This document shows, in pieces, positions 30,033 to 40,372 of a stretch of DNA of 64,000 bases. Position 1 is the stretch's first letter. Each line of letters begins with the position of its first letter. Below the pieces are notes generated by a model, which was given only the letters and a program-made list of their open reading frames with translations, did no database searches and had not been told where the DNA came from. This DNA comes from an uncultured Methanomicrobiales archaeon (GTDB lineage Archaea; Halobacteriota; Methanomicrobia; Methanomicrobiales; Methanospirillaceae). The stretch spans positions 320,001-384,000 of the forward strand of contig CAVWXH010000003.1 of the NCBI GenBank assembly GCA_963758915.1, written 5' to 3'. The position numbers and the translations under genes are program-made.

Positions 30033-30192
30033 AAAAAAAACGTTCCCTTCCGGGGGTCCATCATTCGGAAAATAGAATCCCCAACCCCATTCCGGATTGC
30101 CGGACCATAGGGTGGATATTGTCATCAGGGCGTCTTCTCAATTATTCTGATAGATAAGGTATATATCTCATGTACGTATTCAATTCTGTAAT

Positions 30193-30372
30193 ATGGAAAC
30201 CAGCGTCGCACTTAAAAAAACCGGACTCATCCTCCTTGGCATATTCATAATACTCGTCGCGGTTTTTGTCGTCCCACACTATATTTCCCACGACGTCCTG
30301 CCAGTTATCGAAGTAATTATCGTGTTTTTTGTTTTATTACTGGCATATTTCGTGGTATGGAAAGCAATGTGA
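30193..30372 (+). CDS. Small two-TM membrane protein (not in ORF track)
   Basis: METSVALKKTGLILLGIFIILVAVFVVPHYISHDVLPVIEVIIVFFVLLLAYFVVWKAM, 59 aa. Confidence 0.65.
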   Translation: METSVALKKTGLILLGIFIILVAVFVVPHYISHDVLPVIEVIIVFFVLLLAYFVVWKAM

Positions 30373-30664
30373 GATGAGGTATGAAAGGAGATCCCGGTGA
30401 TTTCTAAAAAAGGCAGCCCTGGTAATTGGATAACATGGGTGTGCAGTAGCTCCGCTGATTTTGCTTATCGTTTTTCCGGTTCATAGCAGGTAGTCATTAC
30501 AAAAAATTCCAATGAAGAATACACGCGGGGATAGTCTGTTATTCCGGGATGATAAGATCCGGAATCTCAGGGATTTTTGCATTGTACCGGGTTTTTGGGT
30601 AGTAAACCCGGCAGCGCCGGGGATAGAAAAAGAAATAGGTACCGGGACTATCTCTCCCGGTGTT

Positions 30665-31525
30665 TTACAGTTTCTTTTTATAAGTCAGGTAAATAAGGCT
30701 CCCTGCAGCAAGGACAACAATGATGCCTATTCCCACCAGGACCCCCCCGGGGATGCCTCCTGAAGTCCCAGGTGTCACGGGTGGTGCAACCGTTGTCGTA
30801 GTCACAATTCCCGCTACACTCTCTGTGGTGGAACTTTGGGACCGGGTGGTAACCGGGGCCCGGTTTGAGACTGTCCCTGTGCCGGAGGGTACCGTTGTGG
30901 TCATGGATACCGTTGTAATTGTCGAACTTACCGGTCCGGAACTTCCACTGCTCACGGAACTGCTGCTGGCGGAAGACCCGCCGCCACCGCCTCCGCCACC
31001 GCTATACGAAACGCTGCCTGTAGTGGACTGGGCAACGGTAGTAGCCGTGGCAGTAGGCTGCGTAGTCTCCACCGTATTCCTTCCCATATCGACTCCTGCC
31101 TCCCCATCGCCGTCGAATTTCAGCTGGGTGATGAGGATACCCGTACTTCCTGTGCTGTCACCATGGATTGTAATGCTGGCTAGTTCGACACCTTGTGCAC
31201 CTGCATCGATCTGGCCTGTCAGGTCAACGGCACTCAGGGTAACTGAAGCAGATGGCTGCCCGGACGTTGAATTAAGGACGGCCCATGGCGGGTATTTGAC
31301 ACTTACAATCTTCCCAGCCGACGGATCGGCGAGGCTGACCCGGATACTATATCCGGAAAGGCCGTACGGCAGTTCATCCACGATGATCGTGGCCGTCTGG
31401 GTCGATCCCTGGGTTAAAGAGACAGCTGACGGATTTGCCGATAGTGTGTTTGCGGCATAGCCATACGGCACCATAACACAAAGCGCAAGGAAAAGGATAA
31501 TTATTGTTGTATACCTGTGATTCAT
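30665..31525 (-). CDS. Membrane-anchored cohesin-like protein (putative anchoring scaffoldin)
   Basis: Signal peptide; beta-rich module PYGLSGYSIRVSLADP..PPWA..AVDLTGQIDAGA..LASITIHG; G/S/T linker; C-terminal TM + KKKL. Confidence 0.8.
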   Translation of the reverse strand: MNHRYTTIIILFLALCVMVPYGYAANTLSANPSAVSLTQGSTQTATIIVDELPYGLSGYSIRVSLADPSAGKIVSVKYPPWAVLNSTSGQPSASVTLSAVDLTGQIDAGAQGVELASITIHGDSTGSTGILITQLKFDGDGEAGVDMGRNTVETTQPTATATTVAQSTTGSVSYSGGGGGGGGSSASSSSVSSGSSGPVSSTITTVSMTTTVPSGTGTVSNRAPVTTRSQSSTTESVAGIVTTTTVAPPVTPGTSGGIPGGVLVGIGIIVVLAAGSLIYLTYKKKL

Positions 31526-31799
31526 AATTTCACCATGTAATTTACGTGTTTTGTGTGTTATATGAGTTGATCATATTTTTTTCATCCTGTAATTTGATGG
31601 TCCCGGTTCGTTCGTATGACATTGGTCAATTCCTGACTGATCTTCCAGATCGACCCAACTATTACACGGGTGGTTCCTGCCCGTTCACCCGTCCCGGAAG
31701 ATATTCCGGTTCAGGTCGGGAACGTCATCCGGATTGCGGTTTCATTCGTCGTTATAAAAACAGGAGGAGTCCTGTAAAGGATATCCCTTTCTCCTGCTT

Positions 31800-34700
31800 T
31801 TAGCCGTTCAGGACCTCCTGGTAGAGCTGGACGACATCGTCATAGTCGATGCGCCCGTTGTTATTGAAGTCATAGGGGGAAATTCCTACCGCGGCATTAT
31901 CGCGTACCCACTGCATGTTCATGTAGAAGGCTACGACATCGTCGAAATCAAGACGACCATTGCCATTGATATCTCCATAGAGCCCGTCGAAATCGGGATC
32001 TGTTGGAATCCTGGTATAACCGGGGAATGGCTCCACGTAACGGTTTGCCACGATATAGTTCGTCTTTACCTCGGTATCGGTTCCTATGGCACCTGTTACG
32101 GTAAGGTTCACCGTATACCGTCCGGGATTATCATACGTATAGACCGGGTTCTGACTGTTGCTGTCAATGGCACCGTCGCCATTGAAGTCCCATGCCCATG
32201 CTGTAATCCCGGTTCCTGTCGAGAGGTCAGTGAAATGGACCGTGAACGGAATGATTCCCGTCGTGGCATCCGCACTGAAGTCAGCAACCGGGGCCACGGG
32301 TGCCTCCGAAACGGTGATATAGTCCGTCTTCAGCTCAGAGTCGCTGCCACCTGCATTCGTTACGGTAAGCCTGACTGAGTAGGTACCTGCCGATGCATAG
32401 GTGAAGACCGGGTTCTGGCTGCTACTGTCGATTGTACCATCGTTATTAAAGTCCCATGCCCATGAGGTAATTCCTGCGCCGGTTGAGGTATCGTTGAACT
32501 GGACGGATAACGGGGCGGTCCCTGCTACCGGGTCAGCGGTGAAGTCAGCAACCGGGGCCACGGGTGCCTCCGAAACGGTGATATAGTCCGTCTTCAGCTC
32601 AGAGTCGCTGCCGCCTGCATTCGTTACGGTAAGCCTGACCGAGTAGGTACCTGCCGATGCATAGGTGAAGGCCGGGTTCTGGCTGCTACTGTCGATTGTA
32701 CCATCGTTATTAAAGTCCCATGCCCATGAGGTAATTCCTGCGCCGGTTGAGGTATCGTTGAACTGGACGGATAACGGGGCGGTCCCTGCTAACGGGTCAG
32801 CGGTGAAGGCTGCAACCGGGGCAGGCACTGTGACCGTGATATAGTCCGTCTTTTGTTCCGTGTCGCTTCCGATTACGTTTGTTACGGTAAGGCTGACTGA
32901 ATAGGTACCTGCCGATGCATAGGTGAAGACCGGGTTCTGGCTGCTACTGTCAACAACACCATTGTTGTCAAAGTCCCATGCCCAGCTGGTGATTCCGGTA
33001 CCGGTTGAGGTATCGTTGAACTGGACGGATAACGGGGCAGTGCCCGATAACGGTGCTGCGTTGAAATTGGCGTTGAGCTGTGACGTTACGGTAATCCGGC
33101 CGTTAACAACCTCTGATGTGAGAGCTGCGCCATTTTCAGCATCAAGTTCGAGCACGACAAGGGTAATTCCTGATTCTCCCGGAGTATCCCCCTGGACGGT
33201 AAAGGTCCCCATCGGGACATTCGTTGCACCTGGCTGAATACTCTGGCCGATATCCACACTCTCAACCCACGCCGATGCAGCAGGGATGACGGACGTCCTG
33301 TTCAGGCCAGCCCATGACGGCGGGGTTATTGCAGTTATTGTTCCTGTTGCCGGGTTCTCCAGGGTGATGGATATGTTAGCACCCGAAAGTCCCTCCGGGA
33401 CATTGCTCAGGACGAGCTGGAACTGCTGGCTGCTCCCTGTTGCAATGACGGGCGATGCAGGTGTGATGCGTAATACAATCCCACCTGGCTGAACACCAGA
33501 TACGGTTACGCAGTTGCTTAACAATTTGGTATTGCTTCCTCCGGCATTTGTCACCGTAAGGCTTACAGAGTAAGTACCTGCAGATCCATAGGTAAAGGCC
33601 GGGTTCTGGCTGCTACTGTCGATTATACCATCGTTATTAAAGTCCCATGCCCAGCTGGTGATTCCGGTACCGGTTGAGGTATCGTTGAACTGGACGGATA
33701 ACGGGGCAGTTCCTGAAGAGGGTGTGACAGTGAAGTCAGCAACAGGTGCCGGAACCGGATTCTCCTCGATTATTACCGATGCAGAGGCACTATTATCTGA
33801 CAGGTCCGGGTCGGACGCTGACGAGCTACCAATACTTGCTATATTTGTCTTGTTACCTGTCGATGTGAACGAGGTCACTACAGATAACCAGGCAGTCTGG
33901 TCCTTCTCAAGCGTAGGAATCAACCAGTTAGTTCCTGATATCGTACCGGTGGTGGGGGGGTTTACTGCCATGATTACCACATCTGACAATCCGGCATAAT
34001 TATCCGCGATAACGATATCATGTGCCGCATCAGGGCCCGTATTTGTGAGCGTAACAGTCCATGTGACGTTCTCTCCCACTTGTGCGTTGGAAACTGATGC
34101 TGCCTTTGTTATGGCAAGGTCCGCCTGTTGCACTGAAAGTGTAAGGTCAAATGCCACATGTGCGGTTGCTCCGGCGGTAACCGTTACCGTCTCTGAGGCA
34201 GGGATGTATCCCGCGAGGCTCACGGAAACAGTGTGGTCACCAACGGGCACATCATTGAAGGTTACCGGGGTGACCTGGTGGGTATCAAACCCGTCGATAC
34301 CTATCGCTGCGCCTGCAGGTACTGAGGTAATAGCGATTGATCCATCCTGAGGGGTTTGACCAGTCGGGAATACCAGCTGGATCACATTTCCAGCGACTTT
34401 CGCACCGTCACTATAAACGGCGGTGACACTGAAGTAGTAGCTTTGGCCGGGTTGCAGGTAGCCCCCGAAGTCCCCTCCGTTATAGTGGGTAACATTGTCA
34501 ATGGTCGCGTGGGTTATGTTCCTGTCGGTAATCCAGAACATATACCCATCCGCTGGGTATACCGGGTTTGGATTGTCCTTTGATATGACTACCTTGTAAC
34601 CCGAAAGGTCGGCATCGTGTATAACATCCCAGTTAAGGACAACAACGGCTCCTTCAACCTGGCCTGTTACGACGGGAACGGTGTGTCCGGCTATCTCTTC

Positions 34701-36467
34701 AAGCTGGAAATCTGCGGTAACGGTCGAACCTGCTGTAACAATTACACTGGTATCCTGCGGGGTATACCCGGAGAGGCTGACAGCTACGGTATGAGATCCG
34801 GGTGCAACACCCGTTAATGTTGAAGGGGTAGTTGTTCCGGTCGTAGTACCGTCAAGTGTTATCGCTGCACCAGCGGGAGTTGAAGTAACAGATATATTTC
34901 CATTCTGTTGGCTGCCTGCGGAAACGGTAAAGGACGCTTCTGATGACAACCCGCCACCTGGTGCCGTATTGAACACGGTAACCTGCGAAGTCCCTTCGCT
35001 GGCGATATCGGACGCAGGTATGGGAGCAGTAAGTGTTGTCGGGGATACATACGTGGTCGTCCTGCCAGCTCCGTTCCACCGGATAATACTTCCTGAAACA
35101 AAGTTTGATCCCTGCACGGTCAGGGTAAATGTGGATCCACCTGCTGTTGCTGTATCAGGGCTTATGGAGGTGAGTACTGGCACAGGGTTATCAGGTACTG
35201 GCGTTGTTGTCCCGTCCCATCCGCCAAGCCGTGCCCACATCCACCATGCTGCATATGCCTTCATGTTGGCATTCAGCGGCTCGGTGTGTGCAGCACTGCA
35301 CTGGTACCAGTCTGTTCCCTGTGTGTGGGTATTCTGCCAGGCGGTGGCCCAGTTGCCTCCATTGTAATTGCATCCGTCGTCTGCATTCAGTGCCATATAA
35401 TTGACGAGGCCATCGGGATCATAGCTCTCGATGTCGGCAAAATCGAAGAGGACCTTGTTATTTGCACGACAGAAAGCACGGATCTGCTCGTTTCGCTGGT
35501 TTAAGTTCCCACTCACGCCGGTCCCGACAAGGTGCCCGGTCATGTAGACGAATTTCACCGTTGGATAGTCCAGCTCGAGCTGGTTCATCAGGGTAAGGTA
35601 GGTGTTGATGTTTGCTTCAGAGGTATCTGCCTGTCCGCACCATGACCACATAACGGTATTGATCTCAGGGTGGGAATTCAGGTAGTTTCTCGTTGCTGTT
35701 GCCCAGGCGGTATAATCCGGATTCCCCAGGTCACTCGCACCTGAGAAGGGTGTATCCCTGAGGTCAAGTGCCCCACCGGTCCCGCCGTTGTTCCACCGGT
35801 ACAGTGTGCCCCCGTTTGGAGCGTTTGCAAATGAGGTAAGCCCTGTCATACCGTCGGTAATCTGGCTCCCGTGTGATGTGTGCCCGTAGGCGATATGCAA
35901 CGTTGATGTTGCCTGTTCAATTGCTGATCGAGGTATTACTGCTAATCGTTGTAGTGTTGCATTGTTGTGGTCTGCGATAACTGGCTGCCCCTGCACAGGG
36001 GGTACCGTTACGGTAAAAGAACCTGGCTGGACCGTTGGTGTCAGCCGTTCATCATCATCGTCATTCATTCTTAATACAGTCACTGTTACCGTCGTTGAAC
36101 CTGCTTTCAGGCCCCTGAGGGTAACGGTGGCAAGGGGTATCGACGTGGCACCATCCTGTATTTGTTCAGTCAGGTCCACAGCCTTCAGGTAACAGGAACC
36201 TGAAGGGAAGGTCGAATTTTCTTTCATCGTTACCCAGGCAGGGAATGATACCCCGGTAATTTCGGCAACCGTGGGATCACTCAGGTTAACATTGCAACTG
36301 TAGCCTGACAGACCGGCAGGAGCGGCATCGTAAACAAGGTTCACTGATGCCGAACTACCGATTGCAGTCACCTGGCCGTTTCCTACACTGATGACATCTG
36401 CAGCCGCTGCACAGATTAGCAGCGACAGGCATACCATCACCAGCGCGATCATTGAAGTTTTTTTCAT
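31800..36467 (-). CDS. Large secreted scaffold: cohesin-like, SGNH-like, IPT, PEGA, FN3-like, PEGA, DUF11, PKD, cohesin-like, 4 PKD, dockerin
   Basis: Start MKKTSMIALV; two PxGLSG..P.W..VD...I..GAT modules; WAWDF PKD repeats; C-terminal DINGNGRLDFDD...DFNNNGRIDYDD. Confidence 0.88.
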   Translation of the reverse strand: MKKTSMIALVMVCLSLLICAAAADVISVGNGQVTAIGSSASVNLVYDAAPAGLSGYSCNVNLSDPTVAEITGVSFPAWVTMKENSTFPSGSCYLKAVDLTEQIQDGATSIPLATVTLRGLKAGSTTVTVTVLRMNDDDDERLTPTVQPGSFTVTVPPVQGQPVIADHNNATLQRLAVIPRSAIEQATSTLHIAYGHTSHGSQITDGMTGLTSFANAPNGGTLYRWNNGGTGGALDLRDTPFSGASDLGNPDYTAWATATRNYLNSHPEINTVMWSWCGQADTSEANINTYLTLMNQLELDYPTVKFVYMTGHLVGTGVSGNLNQRNEQIRAFCRANNKVLFDFADIESYDPDGLVNYMALNADDGCNYNGGNWATAWQNTHTQGTDWYQCSAAHTEPLNANMKAYAAWWMWARLGGWDGTTTPVPDNPVPVLTSISPDTATAGGSTFTLTVQGSNFVSGSIIRWNGAGRTTTYVSPTTLTAPIPASDIASEGTSQVTVFNTAPGGGLSSEASFTVSAGSQQNGNISVTSTPAGAAITLDGTTTGTTTPSTLTGVAPGSHTVAVSLSGYTPQDTSVIVTAGSTVTADFQLEEIAGHTVPVVTGQVEGAVVVLNWDVIHDADLSGYKVVISKDNPNPVYPADGYMFWITDRNITHATIDNVTHYNGGDFGGYLQPGQSYYFSVTAVYSDGAKVAGNVIQLVFPTGQTPQDGSIAITSVPAGAAIGIDGFDTHQVTPVTFNDVPVGDHTVSVSLAGYIPASETVTVTAGATAHVAFDLTLSVQQADLAITKAASVSNAQVGENVTWTVTLTNTGPDAAHDIVIADNYAGLSDVVIMAVNPPTTGTISGTNWLIPTLEKDQTAWLSVVTSFTSTGNKTNIASIGSSSASDPDLSDNSASASVIIEENPVPAPVADFTVTPSSGTAPLSVQFNDTSTGTGITSWAWDFNNDGIIDSSSQNPAFTYGSAGTYSVSLTVTNAGGSNTKLLSNCVTVSGVQPGGIVLRITPASPVIATGSSQQFQLVLSNVPEGLSGANISITLENPATGTITAITPPSWAGLNRTSVIPAASAWVESVDIGQSIQPGATNVPMGTFTVQGDTPGESGITLVVLELDAENGAALTSEVVNGRITVTSQLNANFNAAPLSGTAPLSVQFNDTSTGTGITSWAWDFDNNGVVDSSSQNPVFTYASAGTYSVSLTVTNVIGSDTEQKTDYITVTVPAPVAAFTADPLAGTAPLSVQFNDTSTGAGITSWAWDFNNDGTIDSSSQNPAFTYASAGTYSVRLTVTNAGGSDSELKTDYITVSEAPVAPVADFTADPVAGTAPLSVQFNDTSTGAGITSWAWDFNNDGTIDSSSQNPVFTYASAGTYSVRLTVTNAGGSDSELKTDYITVSEAPVAPVADFSADATTGIIPFTVHFTDLSTGTGITAWAWDFNGDGAIDSNSQNPVYTYDNPGRYTVNLTVTGAIGTDTEVKTNYIVANRYVEPFPGYTRIPTDPDFDGLYGDINGNGRLDFDDVVAFYMNMQWVRDNAAVGISPYDFNNNGRIDYDDVVQLYQEVLNG
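32276..32808 (-). repeat. Near-identical 264-bp tandem duplication of a PKD module
   Basis: TCAGCAACCGGGGCCACGGGTGCC at 32281 and 32545; further close copies at about 32820-33045 and 33540-33710. Confidence 0.9.
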
Positions 36468-36695
36468 AGATTTCACTTCCATTGGTTTTATTGTGGTAAT
36501 CTCCACACCACGGGGGACCGGTTTCCGGTCAGCCGTGTTGCATCCGGATATTTCCGGCAGATTTTACTTTTTATATTCACATGGCGGTTCGCAAGGCTGG
36601 TGATACCTGCCGGTACTGCCCGGATGAGCAGGGGCAGCCACCGTATCACCAGCAAGGGTACAGGAATTTTTTTCGTGTAAATCCGGAGCATCTCG

Positions 36696-37874
36696 TTACA
36701 ACTCCTTGAAGAGCATCACGATATCCTGGAACCCGATTACACCGTTTTGATTGAAATCAAAGGCTGAAACCGGCTCATTATCTGCAATCCAGTCTAGATT
36801 TCTGAAAAACAGGACCACGTCGCTGAACCCGGCCTCGCCATTGCCGTTCAGGTCTTCATACAGGTAGTCATGGTCAGGATCGGTCGGGAGAAGTGTGCTG
36901 CCCGGAAGAGCAACAACAGCTGAAATTGCACCAGCCTGTCCGGAATCCTGGTCGATCATTAACGAGGTGGAATCAACCGCTTCAAAGTCAGACCCCTTCA
37001 CCCGTGCCAGTGTATGAAGGGCATCATTGTCCCACTGGTCATCCGGTACACCGGTAATAAACCAGGCCCCCCCGTTATCGCTCAGGATCATGCCGTATTT
37101 TTTCAGGGCGTTTAAGACCACCTGTGCCTGGTATGGGTAACCTGATGTATCAAATGAGGCTTTCAGCCTGAACCTCTGTCCCATTGGAGGGTACGAAGGG
37201 TCCGTAATACCGGACGCATAATGGCGGCCGGGCCAGACATACGCCTTCTGCGTACGGGGGGCTGTAAACCGGATTGCGTGGGTAATTTCCCCGTTTGCCA
37301 CTTCATCGTAACGGACGAGGCCGGGAAGGATCGCGAGGCCTGCAGCATCAGCCGAAGTCCAGCCTGCAGGCCGGAGCTCGTACCCTGACAGGTCGTAAAT
37401 TGCCCCTGATCCAGCGTGCCACGACCCGTCGGGCTGTTTTTCAGCCGCATACAGCTCGTATAACACCTTCTCATCACGCTGGATAATGAGCATGTGGCGG
37501 TCACCCTCACTCGTGCTGCCACCTTCAATCAGTGGATTTGCCGGGATAGGGTAGGGGCCGGGATCACTTTCATCGTCATATTCGAACGTGACGGTTGTCT
37601 TTGTCACTGAATTATCGACAATGTTAAAGGGAATTCCCATGGGAGCTCCCGCATACAGCCCTGAACCAAAATCCGGGTGAAGTGATGAAGTGGTCCCGAT
37701 CCTCGTGACGTAACTGGCAGAATGCGAATCAACAGGCAAATTGTCTACCGGGGTATTCCAGACATGGTCCGCAGGAAAAATCCCGACCCCGCCGGTTTCC
37801 GTAGCAAGTCCACCCTGGATGAGAACGGCTGCGAGGATTACGGTAACAATAACCAGGCGGACAATCGTTTTCAT
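36696..37874 (-). CDS. Secreted protein: uncharacterised globular domain + C-terminal dockerin
   Basis: Signal peptide; DESDPGPYPIP, GDRH, WTSADAAGL, HAIRFT motifs; EDLNGNGEAGFSD...DFNQNGVIGFQD. Confidence 0.85.
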   Translation of the reverse strand: MKTIVRLVIVTVILAAVLIQGGLATETGGVGIFPADHVWNTPVDNLPVDSHSASYVTRIGTTSSLHPDFGSGLYAGAPMGIPFNIVDNSVTKTTVTFEYDDESDPGPYPIPANPLIEGGSTSEGDRHMLIIQRDEKVLYELYAAEKQPDGSWHAGSGAIYDLSGYELRPAGWTSADAAGLAILPGLVRYDEVANGEITHAIRFTAPRTQKAYVWPGRHYASGITDPSYPPMGQRFRLKASFDTSGYPYQAQVVLNALKKYGMILSDNGGAWFITGVPDDQWDNDALHTLARVKGSDFEAVDSTSLMIDQDSGQAGAISAVVALPGSTLLPTDPDHDYLYEDLNGNGEAGFSDVVLFFRNLDWIADNEPVSAFDFNQNGVIGFQDIVMLFKEL

Positions 37875-37878
37875 CGGT

Positions 37879-40026
37879 TTATAGCTCCTTAAACAGCATC
37901 ACGATATCCTGGAAACCGATTGCACCGTTTTGATTGAAATCAAAGGCTGAAACCGGCTCATTGTCTGCAATCCAGTCGATATTTTTGAAAAACAGGACCA
38001 CATCGGTGAACCCGGCCTCTCCGTTGCCATTCAGGTCTTCATACAGGCCATCATGGTCCGGGTCGGTAGGCGGATTTGTGAGGCCTGGAAGGGGTGGCAG
38101 AGCTACTGTGTGGGAGAACTTTTCAATCCGGCTGTTTCCCATATCGGAGACATACACATTGTTGCTGCTGTCTATTGCAATCCCGTTCGGGTTTGTGAAC
38201 TGACCGTCACCATTCCCGGGGGACCCCCACTGGGTCACATATGTCCCATCCGGTTCAAAGACCTGGATCCGGCCACCACCCCAGTCAGCGACATATACCT
38301 TGCCACCGGTATCAAAGGCAATACCTTCCGGGAAATCGAACTGGCTGTTACCTGTTCCGGCAGATCCCCACTGGGTGACGTAGGCCCCGTGCGGGTCAAA
38401 TACCTGGACACGGTTGTTGTTCCCGTCAGTAACGAAGACGTACCCGCTGTTGTTTACCGCGATATCCACAGGATAATCGAACGTGCCGTCAATGCTCCCC
38501 TGTGACCCCCATTTTGTTACATAGGTCCCGTCCGGGCTGAAAACCTGGATCCGGTAGTTCAAACCGTCAGCGACATACACATAACCGCTGCTGTTAATGG
38601 CAATTCCCCTGGGATGGCTTAACTGGCCGTCGCCAGATCCCTGCGATCCCCACTGGGTGACGTAGGCCCCGTTATGATCAAATACCTGGATACGATTATT
38701 ATCCCAGTCGGAAACGTACACGTTACCATCCTGGCCGATGGCGATACCTTTCGGATAATTGAACTGGCCATTGCTGCTCCCGGAAGAACCCCACTGGGTG
38801 ACGTAGACGCCATCGGGGGTGAACTCCTGGATGCGATGGTTGTAGGTGTCGGTAACGAATACGTTCCCGTTGCCGTTCACGGCGATATCAAACGGAGAAA
38901 TGAACTGGCCGTTGCCATTTCCACCCGCACCCCACTGGGTACTATATACCCCTGCCGGGGAAAATTTCTGGATGCGGTTGTTATAGCTGTCGGAAACCAG
39001 CACATCGCCATGTTGGTCGGCAGTAATTCCATAGGGAAGGTTGAACTGGCTGTTGCCGGTCCCTGCAGATCCCCAGAGGGTAACGAACTGTCCGGTCTCG
39101 GTAAATTTCTGGATGCGGTTGTTGTAGGTGTCGGCCACATACACATTCCCAAGTTTGTCAGCTACAAGGTCCAACGGGTAATTAAGCTGGCCTTCACCGC
39201 TCCCCGAAGAACCCCACTGCCTTACAAATACACCGTCCGGGGAAAATACCTGGACGAGGTTATTCCCGTAATCCGCAACGAACAGGTAACCGCTTGAGTT
39301 CGTCGAAATCCCGGTAGGATAGGCAAACAGGCCGTTGCCACCAGGCCATCCCCATGATCCCCACTGCCGGATATATTGCCCTGTGGGGGAAAATACCTGG
39401 ATCCGGTTATTTGACGTGTCTGCAACATACAGGTACCCGCTGCTATTCACGGTTATCCCGATTGGTGCATCAAACTGGCCGTTTCCACTCCCGGTAGATC
39501 CCCACTGGGAAACATATACCCCGTCAGGATCAAACACTTCGACCCGGTTATTGTCCTTATCGACAGCATACAGGTAACCGCTGCTGTTCACAGCAATACC
39601 TGCGATTTCTGCGAACTGCCCGTTACCGGACCCGTAAGACCCAAATTTTGAGAGAAATGAGCCATCGGGAGCGAACTTCCATATGCTGAAATCGGCATCG
39701 TTTGATGCGTAAATGTTCCCAGTACTGTCAGTGGTAATACCCCACGGCAGGCTGATTCCTACGGTTGAGGGTACTGCCCACTCGAAGGTGTAATCTCCAT
39801 TCCCGGCAGGAATACTCGTTGACCTGCCAGAAGGGATAGGTGTAGCCGGGTAAGTCATGGCATGCGGGCCATTCATATCTTCCCCGTCGCCGGGTGAGGA
39901 CGCAAGGTTCACTGGTTTAAGCACTGTAAACTGGCCATTTACCGGATTGGTTGCCATTACACCTGTTGCTGATATACAAACGAATAGCAACAGGAAGGCC
40001 AGGGCAGTTACAAAGATTTTTTTCAT
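37879..40026 (-). CDS. Secreted 12x NHL-repeat (two six-bladed propellers) protein + C-terminal dockerin
   Basis: Start MKKIFVTAL; 12 F..P.GIA..YV.D..NNRIQ.F repeats; EDLNGNGEAGFTD...DFNQNGAIGFQD. Confidence 0.92.
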   Translation of the reverse strand: MKKIFVTALAFLLLFVCISATGVMATNPVNGQFTVLKPVNLASSPGDGEDMNGPHAMTYPATPIPSGRSTSIPAGNGDYTFEWAVPSTVGISLPWGITTDSTGNIYASNDADFSIWKFAPDGSFLSKFGSYGSGNGQFAEIAGIAVNSSGYLYAVDKDNNRVEVFDPDGVYVSQWGSTGSGNGQFDAPIGITVNSSGYLYVADTSNNRIQVFSPTGQYIRQWGSWGWPGGNGLFAYPTGISTNSSGYLFVADYGNNLVQVFSPDGVFVRQWGSSGSGEGQLNYPLDLVADKLGNVYVADTYNNRIQKFTETGQFVTLWGSAGTGNSQFNLPYGITADQHGDVLVSDSYNNRIQKFSPAGVYSTQWGAGGNGNGQFISPFDIAVNGNGNVFVTDTYNHRIQEFTPDGVYVTQWGSSGSSNGQFNYPKGIAIGQDGNVYVSDWDNNRIQVFDHNGAYVTQWGSQGSGDGQLSHPRGIAINSSGYVYVADGLNYRIQVFSPDGTYVTKWGSQGSIDGTFDYPVDIAVNNSGYVFVTDGNNNRVQVFDPHGAYVTQWGSAGTGNSQFDFPEGIAFDTGGKVYVADWGGGRIQVFEPDGTYVTQWGSPGNGDGQFTNPNGIAIDSSNNVYVSDMGNSRIEKFSHTVALPPLPGLTNPPTDPDHDGLYEDLNGNGEAGFTDVVLFFKNIDWIADNEPVSAFDFNQNGAIGFQDIVMLFKEL

Positions 40027-40372
40027 GTTTGTCACGCTCGTTTTACCATAATTTCCTGAATAGTGATACGAAGGCTGAAAATTCCGCCCTCGCACTGTAT
40101 TAACCCCGGTGCGTCTGCACCGGCGGTGTTCGGCATCCTGTACGCCATGCAGGTAGTACCTGCTGAAGTTGCCTGCACACCCCGGCCCGATGACCGGATG
40201 ATCCCAGGGACTCCTCCCACTTTCATCTGCTTCGTTTTTCAAACCTCCCCGATTAATGATTTTTTTTAATTTTCACCCATGTTCACTGACATTTCAGAAG
40301 ACGGATTATCGATAGCCAAGGCTGGAGTTACGTCTCTTTCCGGACTTCTCCTTCCGTTGCTACGACCCTTCC

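Noticed and set aside
36696-38068. DGR template/variable repeat pair (duplicated gene tails)
   Set aside because: Differences are mostly synonymous and not adenine-specific, both copies are coding, and there is no reverse transcriptase.
31800-40026. True cellulolytic cellulosome
   Set aside because: No glycoside hydrolase or CBM3 motif is recognisable; only the assembly logic is shared.
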